Shown in pieces: positions 54,733 through 60,360 of a stretch of DNA of 60,360 nucleotides; the first letter of the stretch is position 1; every line of letters begins with the position of its first letter. The stretch spans positions 1 to 60,360 of the forward strand of contig CAYMXT010000002.1 of NCBI GenBank assembly GCA_964394415.1. The letters run 5' to 3'. The stretch comes from an uncultured Planctomycetales bacterium. Lineage in GTDB: Bacteria > Planctomycetota > Phycisphaerae > UBA1845 > Fen-1342. The position numbers were made by a program, and so were the translations under genes. The notes under the pieces were generated by a model. It did no database searches, was not told where the DNA came from, and saw only the letters and a list, made by a program, of their open reading frames with translations.

Positions 54733-54952
54733 GTGGATGAGGGGATAGGCGCGATTCTGCGGGCACGGTCTGAGCGCGAACTGCGCAGCCTGGATAGCAT
54801 GGTACGTGAGTTGCTGACGGAGACCATGCCGCCGCCGCCGGGGATATCGGGGGGTGGGCCCATCACTGCCGACCGGGCGCTTTTTGAACGCGGGAAGACG
54901 GTTCACGATCGCATCAAGCTGCTGGCCGGCATCGACCCGCACTGAGCGATTC
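54733..54952 (+). pseudogene. internally deleted vapBC remnant
   Basis: An RHH-like piece (ILRARSERELRSLDSMVRELLTE) is fused to the last 27 codons of a vapC copy (ITADRALFERGKTVHDRIKLLAGIDPH*). Nucleotides 54864-54952 differ from 53831-53919 at 6 of 89 positions. Confidence 0.7.
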
Positions 54953-55072
54953 ACAGCGCGGCCATTCACATCTGCTGAGCGACTACCTGTACGTGGCGGC
55001 GGCGATTCGGCTTGCGCGGCTTGCGCGGGTCGGGCAGAATATCAGGAAGGCGAACATACATGGCGAGGGGAA

Positions 55073-55558
55073 GTGGGCGGCGACGCAAGTGAAGAGGACC
55101 AGACCGACTGGCGTGATCGGCTTCGGCGGACCCTTCGCGCCGCACCGAGCGATTACGCGGGAAGACGAGCGGCGTTGTTGGACGCAAGCCATTTTGTGCG
55201 CGCCGAAATCGCGGCCGCGCTCGAACCGGCACTCAATGCCCACCTTCGGACCCTGCCTCACGATGCCTACGAGGAGAAGCGTGCCTTGGCGACCTGGGTC
55301 AATCGGGAACTCCACGAAATCGGCTTGACGATCCGCTGTCCCAAGACGGGTAGGCCGTCGATACTCGTCGCCGACGTGAGGGCCGGAGGTGACGACGAGA
55401 AAGGCCGCTTCCGAATCGAGGCACGTGACGAGAACGGGAAAACGGCACGGACGTTCTGTTCGACACGTCTTCCCGATCTCGAATTGATGGAGGAGCCGCC
55501 GCGTCGCGAGAATTTCGCCTCAAGGGCCGTCGCGCGGCCGGAAGCGAGAGGCCGGTAA
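55073..55558 (+). CDS. hypothetical protein, short paralogue of 55866..56807
   Basis: GTG 55073 follows GAGGGG. Shares YEEKRALATWVNRELHEIGLTIRCPKTGRPSILVAD...GRFRIEA with the next gene. Start uncertain. Confidence 0.5.
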   Translation: MGGDASEEDQTDWRDRLRRTLRAAPSDYAGRRAALLDASHFVRAEIAAALEPALNAHLRTLPHDAYEEKRALATWVNRELHEIGLTIRCPKTGRPSILVADVRAGGDDEKGRFRIEARDENGKTARTFCSTRLPDLELMEEPPRRENFASRAVARPEARGR

Positions 55559-55865
55559 AGCGGAACCTGCTGCGGGGCGCGGCCCAGCTGCAGTGCAGCC
55601 GCTCGGAGGTGGACGAAGTCGGCGCAATCGTGCATGATCATTTGCGGCAGCGGCTCTCCGCCAGGAAACGGATCGGATACACGGATCGGATTCGGAGGGT
55701 TCTGCGTCCGAGGACGCCCGCTGCCGCACTGGATCGAGCCACCCCGTTTACCCGGGGGTGGGAGACCTGAGCAGGCCGAGCCGTGGGTCGAATCGCCCAT
55801 CGCTCAGCTCAAGGACTTCGCTTATCTTATGAACTGCCAGGATACGACGTGTTGACCGCCTGGTA

Positions 55866-56807
55866 TTGACGGATCGCAGCGAACGGAGCGACCAGTTGGC
55901 GAAGCCGACAAAAGCGAAAGAGCAAGAAAGAGCAGCGCCAACTAGCCTGGTCCGCTCCGGCCTTAAGCAAACGGACTCTTGGCGTGTTTGGGGGCCGTTT
56001 CCGAGTGTCATAAGACGAGGTGGTCCAGAACACGCCAGCGCAGCCGCGCAACGCGTGCTGGACGTGTTCTATTCGCTATTCGAAGAAAAGGAACTCAAGA
56101 AGCAAGTCCCTCCCGAAAATGAAGGGTTCGAACTCCGGTTCGAGGTGATCCAATACGGCGCACCCATCGACGAGTCGTACCGCCCGGACGAAGCGGTCAG
56201 GACCGAAATGCGGCGACTACTGTTGGCTGCACTCACTACGGAGCGCGGGCAGCTCGTGACGGGCATTCTACCCACGCTGCCGGACAGATTCCACGCTGGA
56301 CAGCTCATTGCTGAAGTGCTAGTCAAGATACCGCAACGTCGCACGGTCCAGCAGGTGTCGGGAGAAATCCAGGAAGTATTCCAACGGGAAATCGCGAGCA
56401 GACTGAAAGGCATGGCGGACCTTTCGTATGACGAAGCGAGGGCCGTCCTGCTCGACTTTGAGTCAAGCGCCCGAGAGGCAATCGCGCGAGCGCTCAGCCC
56501 ACACTTCGTTTATCACGTCACGTTCATGCCACAGGAGACATACGACGAGAAACGCGAGCTTGCCAAGTGGGTGAATGGTGAACTTCGACGATTCGGTGTT
56601 GCGATCCGGTGCCCCAAGACGGATCTTCCTGCCTTCCTGGTGGCGGATCCCGGTGGCCGGCCGGGCTTCGGGCGATTCCAGCTTGAGGTGACGCTCGATG
56701 GAAAGCCCCATCGCTCGGTTAGTAGCGGAACCCTGATGCACCTCTCGCTGATGGCCGCGCCGGTTAAGCGAGACGCGGATTCACCGGACCGTGGTCGTTC
56801 GCCATAA
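55866..56807 (+). CDS. hypothetical protein, long paralogue of 55073..55558
   Basis: The C-terminal half YDEKRELAKWVNGELRRFGVAIRCPKTDLPAFLVAD...GRFQLEV parallels the upstream gene. TTG start, uncertain. Confidence 0.5.
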   Translation: MTDRSERSDQLAKPTKAKEQERAAPTSLVRSGLKQTDSWRVWGPFPSVIRRGGPEHASAAAQRVLDVFYSLFEEKELKKQVPPENEGFELRFEVIQYGAPIDESYRPDEAVRTEMRRLLLAALTTERGQLVTGILPTLPDRFHAGQLIAEVLVKIPQRRTVQQVSGEIQEVFQREIASRLKGMADLSYDEARAVLLDFESSAREAIARALSPHFVYHVTFMPQETYDEKRELAKWVNGELRRFGVAIRCPKTDLPAFLVADPGGRPGFGRFQLEVTLDGKPHRSVSSGTLMHLSLMAAPVKRDADSPDRGRSP

Positions 56808-56883
56808 AGAACTCCTGCTTCCCTCCCCCGTGAAACCGTGAAAATCTCTGAAATTACGGGGCTGAGCTTGACCGCGAGCGTGT

Positions 56884-56901
56884 GTGTAAGTAGACTTACA
56901 C
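56884..56901 (+). promoter_or_regulatory. perfect palindrome abutting the start codon of the SprT-like gene
   Basis: GTGTAAGT-ag-ACTTACAC ends one base before ATG 56902. No obvious Shine-Dalgarno sequence is present. Confidence 0.35.
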
Positions 56902-57561
56902 ATGCAAACGGGCAGCGTAAACCCTCGGGCGGACGTATACGGCGCGTTGGCTCAGCATCAGCTCAACGAGGCTTGGCACGGCCGCAACTTGATCGGCACG
57001 CTCCAGGAATGGGTGAGCCGGTTCATCGCCGAGTTTAAACTCGATCTCCCCGAAGTCGCTCTGTGCGTGGATCGAATGCCCATCACGACCTTCGGGCACT
57101 TCCGGGGTGGCCACAACGGGTTCGGGTTGAAAGGCGAAATCGCCCTGAACGCCCGACACCTGACGGGCCAGACCCCGCTATGGGAGGTGCTCGGCACGCT
57201 GCTGAAGCACCTGCTCAACGCCTGGCAGCAAGCCCACGGGACGCCGGGCAAGCACGGGAATCACAACCGCGAGTTCCGGGAGAAGGCCGCGTCCCTCGGT
57301 CTCCTCGTTGATGAGAAGGGGCTACTTGGCTTTGCAGCCGACAGCCCGTTCAAGGAACTGCTGCGGCAACACGGCGTTGAAGCGCCTTTAACCGAGAGAC
57401 CGATCCCCGCCCGCCGCCCAAAGGGTGATTCCAAGCAAAAGAAGTGGTCGTGCCAGTGCGGTACCAGCGTCAGGTGCGCCACTGAACTTTACGCCCAGTG
57501 CCTTAAGTGTGGGCAGGTGTTCCGCAAGGCGGATGCACCGGCCGCGGAGCGAGAGTCATGA
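56902..57561 (+). CDS. SprT-like domain protein with degenerate HExxH and a C-terminal zinc ribbon
   Basis: GEIALNARHL...LLKHLLNAWQQAHGTPGKHGNHNREFREKAASLGL follows the SprT pattern, but KHLLN replaces HExxH. The C-terminus has CQCG...CLKCG. Confidence 0.5.
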   Translation: MQTGSVNPRADVYGALAQHQLNEAWHGRNLIGTLQEWVSRFIAEFKLDLPEVALCVDRMPITTFGHFRGGHNGFGLKGEIALNARHLTGQTPLWEVLGTLLKHLLNAWQQAHGTPGKHGNHNREFREKAASLGLLVDEKGLLGFAADSPFKELLRQHGVEAPLTERPIPARRPKGDSKQKKWSCQCGTSVRCATELYAQCLKCGQVFRKADAPAAERES

Positions 57562-58391
57562 AAGCGCAGACAATCACGCAGGTTCCACTCGATCTCATCG
57601 ACGAAGCGCCGCAGGTCCGGGAGCACGCCGATCCCGGGATGCTCCTGGCGCTTGCGGCGACGATCCGGGCACACGGCATCCAGCAGGCGGTGACCCTGCG
57701 CCGCGTCGGCGAACGGTATGTGGTGGTGATGGGCGGCAGGCGTTGTCGCGCCGCCAGAATGGCAGGCGAAACCCACGTCCCCGGGCGCGTCATGGAGGGA
57801 GACCTCAGCGAAGCGGAGCTTCTGGAACTCCAACTTCTGGAGAACACTGCCCGCGAGGACTTGAACCCGGTTGACCGAGCACGAGCCTTCACGAAGTGGA
57901 TATCGCTTACGGGTCGCACTGCAGGTGAACTGGCTCGCATCACGGGCGTATCCGCCCCGGTGCTTTCCAAACTCTCCGCCATGCTCGTCCTCGCGCCCGA
58001 TGTCCTCGCGCTCGTGGAGAGCCGGAAGCTGCCCTACAGCGCCGCCGCGGAAATCGCCAAATTCTCCGACCCGGCGGAGCAGCGCCGGCTTGCAGATCAG
58101 GTGGTCAACGGCGGACTCTCGCGGGACAAGCTGGTGGCTCAATCAAAGGAAATCCGGGCAGCGCGCGGCAAGCCTCCGCCCCGCAAGTCGCGGCAGGCAC
58201 GGCGTCCCGCTGCGCGGTTGGCTGTGCCACTTGACGACGGCGGCACGGTGTCGGTGGCGATGCGGGAAGCGGTCACGTTCGACCGGTTCATCGCGTGGAT
58301 TGAACAAGTGCTCAACAGTGCGAAAGAACTGCATGCAAAGGGACTCGGCCTGCCCGAAGCTGTGAAGGCCATCGCGTCGCAGTCCAAGTAG
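57558..58391 (+). CDS. parB: ParB/Spo0J-family protein
   Basis: ATGA overlap with the upstream gene. ParB N-terminal box: VVVMGGRRCRAARMAG. HTH segment: TAGELARITGVSAPVLSKL. Also LENTAREDLNPVDRA. Confidence 0.85.
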   Translation: MKAQTITQVPLDLIDEAPQVREHADPGMLLALAATIRAHGIQQAVTLRRVGERYVVVMGGRRCRAARMAGETHVPGRVMEGDLSEAELLELQLLENTAREDLNPVDRARAFTKWISLTGRTAGELARITGVSAPVLSKLSAMLVLAPDVLALVESRKLPYSAAAEIAKFSDPAEQRRLADQVVNGGLSRDKLVAQSKEIRAARGKPPPRKSRQARRPAARLAVPLDDGGTVSVAMREAVTFDRFIAWIEQVLNSAKELHAKGLGLPEAVKAIASQSK

Positions 58392-58401
58392 GAGGTGTGT
58401 C

Positions 58402-58488
58402 ATGGAGTTGATTCCGACATTTGTATTGTTCGCGATTGTCCTGTTCTGGAAAGGAGCGAAGGACGCCGATCGGAAGATGGGACGGTAG
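58402..58488 (+). CDS. candidate 28-aa single-TM micro-protein
   Basis: AGGAGG lies 7 nt upstream of ATG 58402. Translation: MELIPTFVLFAIVLFWKGAKDADRKMGR*. Below the 60-aa cut-off of the ORF track. Confidence 0.35.
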   Translation: MELIPTFVLFAIVLFWKGAKDADRKMGR

Positions 58489-58528
58489 GCGCTCGCGGGT
58501 ACGCGCGGGCGCGCTGGAAGGCAGAGTC

Positions 58529-59953
58529 ATGGAATTCATCGTCGCAACTAGCTTGGTAGTCGGCCTTCTGCTCTGCGGGCGATCGCTGCGCAAGCGGAGA
58601 GGAGCGCGGAAGCTCATGAACACGGAGCTGCTCTCCTGGCCGCTTCTGCACTGGTCGCGCGATGACGTGTGGAGGATTCGTGACGCCTGTGAAGGAACGG
58701 TCGTGCTCGGACCGACAGGGACGGGCAAGTCGAGCGGAAGCGGAAGGGCGCTGGCGCTGTCGATGCTCAATGCTGGATTCGGTGGGCTCGTACTTACCGT
58801 CAAGCCTGACGAGCGAGCCGTATGGGAGGAATACTGCCGCGCTGCCAACAGACTTGACGACCTCGTGCGATTCGGACCGGACGCCGAGTACAGATTCAAC
58901 TTCCTCGATGATGAAATGACGCGCAAGGGCAGCGGAGCCGGGCTCACGGAGAACATCGTCAATCTGCTTTCGACGGTGCTTGAAGTGGCGGAACGGAATT
59001 CGACAGGCGGTGGCGGCCGGGAGGACGAGGGCTATTGGAAGCGCGCCAATCGTCAATTGTGCCGCAACGTCGTGGACCTGCTCGCGCTGGCGAAGGGGCG
59101 GATTACGATCCCCGAGCTCTATCGTGTCGTCGTTTCGGCTCCGACTTCCCTGCCGATCTCGGCTGAATTCAAGGAGCGCTCGTTCTGCATGCAGTGCCTC
59201 GTTGAGGCTGACAAGCGACCGAAGACGCAGCGGCAGCTCGGTGACTTTGAGATTGTTGCGGACTATTTCATGCTGGAGTTTCCGGGGCTTAGCGATAAGA
59301 CGCGGAGCGTCATCGTGTCCACCTTCACGTCCATGGTGGACGTGCTGAACCGCGGCATTTTAGCCGAGCTATACAGCGGCAAGACGAACATCACGCCGCA
59401 GGCGGCGCAGGACGGAAAGATCATCCTCATTGATCTGCCTGTGAAAGAGTACGGGGAGGTCGGGCAGTTCGCGCAGGTGCTGTGGAAGTACGCTTTTCAG
59501 CGATCGATTGAGCGGCGCAATGTTGACGAGAATGGACGGCCAGTGTTCCTGTGGGCCGACGAAGCGCAGTACTTTCTCACGAGTTACGACCATAGCTTTC
59601 AGCAGACTTGTCGGGCCGCGAGAGTGGCCACTGTGGCACTGTCCCAATCGTACAGCAACTTCGTGGCCGTGCTGGGCGGCGGCGAGAAGGGTCGGGCAGA
59701 AGCCGATTCTCTGCTGGGTAACCTGTGTACGAAGATCGTCCATGCGGTCGGAGGTGACCCTGTCACGCGGGAACGGGCCGACCGCTGGGCATCCGGCGCT
59801 ACCGCGCGATGGACGTCGCCATCGTGCCGCTGGCCGAGTGGCGGCGGCTCGTGCGGCTGGAAGCCGAGTTGGCGATGGCCGAAGAGACACCCCAGCCAGG
59901 CGGCCAGGGTGCGTGAGGAAGTGCGAGATGTTGATGAACGCGCTACCCGTTGA
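58529..59953 (+). CDS. type IV secretion coupling protein (TraD/TraG/VirD4-like), 3-prime end probably disrupted
   Basis: N-terminal TM helix MEFIVATSLVVGLLLCG. Walker A is GPTGTGKSSGSG and Walker B is PVFLWADEAQYF. After ~59760 the translation becomes W/R-rich nonsense. Confidence 0.7.
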   Translation: MEFIVATSLVVGLLLCGRSLRKRRGARKLMNTELLSWPLLHWSRDDVWRIRDACEGTVVLGPTGTGKSSGSGRALALSMLNAGFGGLVLTVKPDERAVWEEYCRAANRLDDLVRFGPDAEYRFNFLDDEMTRKGSGAGLTENIVNLLSTVLEVAERNSTGGGGREDEGYWKRANRQLCRNVVDLLALAKGRITIPELYRVVVSAPTSLPISAEFKERSFCMQCLVEADKRPKTQRQLGDFEIVADYFMLEFPGLSDKTRSVIVSTFTSMVDVLNRGILAELYSGKTNITPQAAQDGKIILIDLPVKEYGEVGQFAQVLWKYAFQRSIERRNVDENGRPVFLWADEAQYFLTSYDHSFQQTCRAARVATVALSQSYSNFVAVLGGGEKGRAEADSLLGNLCTKIVHAVGGDPVTRERADRWASGATARWTSPSCRWPSGGGSCGWKPSWRWPKRHPSQAARVREEVRDVDERATR

Positions 59954-60266
59954 ACGCGAACAGCCCGCGATCCGTCTTGCGGAACCGGGCGGCGCTCTTC
60001 TTCGCGGTGATCTCGCGGAGCATCGCGGCGTAGATCGTCGCCCAGGGCGTCTTGCCGCCGCTCTTCCAGAGGCCGCGCTCGATCATCGTGTTCACGAGCT
60101 CGCGCGCCCGCATCGGCTGGCCCGCGTCGGCCAGAACCTTGGCGGCCGCGTCGAGTCCGCTGAGCGGCTTGCCGTCGGCGGGCGTCGCCGCCTTGGTCGC
60201 CTTGCGCGTCGCGGCCTTCGGGGTCTTGGCAGCCTTCGCCGCCTTCTTCGTGGTCTTCTTGCTCAT
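59943..60266 (-). CDS. HARE-HTH (HB1/ASXL-type) DNA-binding protein with a Lys/Ala-rich histone H1-like N-terminus
   Basis: N-terminus: MSKKTTKKAAKAAKTPKAATRKATKAA. HARE-HTH region: LSGLDAAAKVLADAGQPMRARELVNTMIERGLWKSGGKTPWATIYAAMLREI...RFRKTDRGLFAF. Confidence 0.6.
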   Translation of the reverse strand: MSKKTTKKAAKAAKTPKAATRKATKAATPADGKPLSGLDAAAKVLADAGQPMRARELVNTMIERGLWKSGGKTPWATIYAAMLREITAKKSAARFRKTDRGLFAFNG

Positions 60267-60360
60267 CGCTGTTCTCCAACATGCGTTTCCGCGTTCGCCC
60301 AGGCACGCGCCCGGGCGGCTCGCCATGCGAGCGGGGCAGTCAGTTACCTCGACGGGCGGG

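Larger units (their letters stand above)
51605..60360. mobile_element. decayed integrative/conjugative-element-like segment (continues beyond the window)
   Basis: Contains an integrase plus a duplicated integrase end, two TA modules and a TA remnant, a SprT-like protein, ParB, and a truncated T4SS coupling protein. No relaxase or mating-pore genes are seen in the window. Confidence 0.45.

Overview
High-GC bacterial chromosomal window; the taxon is not verifiable from here. All functional calls come from motifs read by eye in the supplied translations. No database search was run.

Left half (1-30.4 kb): a respiratory and N-oxide block.
- A compact nosZ-nosB-nosD-nosF-nosY-nosL nitrous-oxide reductase cluster, followed by an Rrf2 regulator.
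- A CoxIII/NorE-like membrane protein with an inserted cytochrome c domain.
- A diheme-c/EB_dh gamma-type subunit.
- A Tat-exported NarG/NxrA-like molybdoenzyme alpha subunit, interrupted by a 1-nt frameshift.
- An intercalated hemerythrin gene, then NarH/NxrB-like and NarJ/TorD-like genes.
- An NO/redox-stress set: a second Rrf2 regulator, DUF1858-NnrS-DUF1858, RIC/YtfE, a DUF438 protein and further hemerythrins.
- Housekeeping-type enzymes: methyltransferase, epimerase, tryptophanase-family lyase, B12-radical SAM, ferredoxin, DUF488 and a PNPOx-like protein.

Right half (30.4-60.4 kb): accessory DNA.
- The most interesting part is a ~14-kb divergent locus.
  - On the minus strand, two small ORFs and two motif-less proteins are translationally coupled to a ~2040-aa DEAH/RHA helicase that ends in a multi-TM domain.
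  - On the plus strand sit a MazF/PemK-like protein, a protein with a sigma-r4-like HTH, a Lon-protease-domain protein with a helical-repeat tail, and a P-loop kinase. This is an arrangement reminiscent of CalpL/CalpT/CalpS, but without SAVED or CRISPR.
- Downstream lie ~100-nt tandem repeats, a truncated SMC/ABC-type ATPase, a lower-GC patch with a secreted Cys-rich peptide, and four prepilin-type genes.
- Next comes a decayed integrative/conjugative segment: integrase plus a duplicated integrase 3-prime remnant, vapBC, mazEF flanked by vapC-end repeats, two paralogous unknowns, a SprT-like protein, ParB, a truncated T4SS coupling protein, and a HARE-HTH protein.
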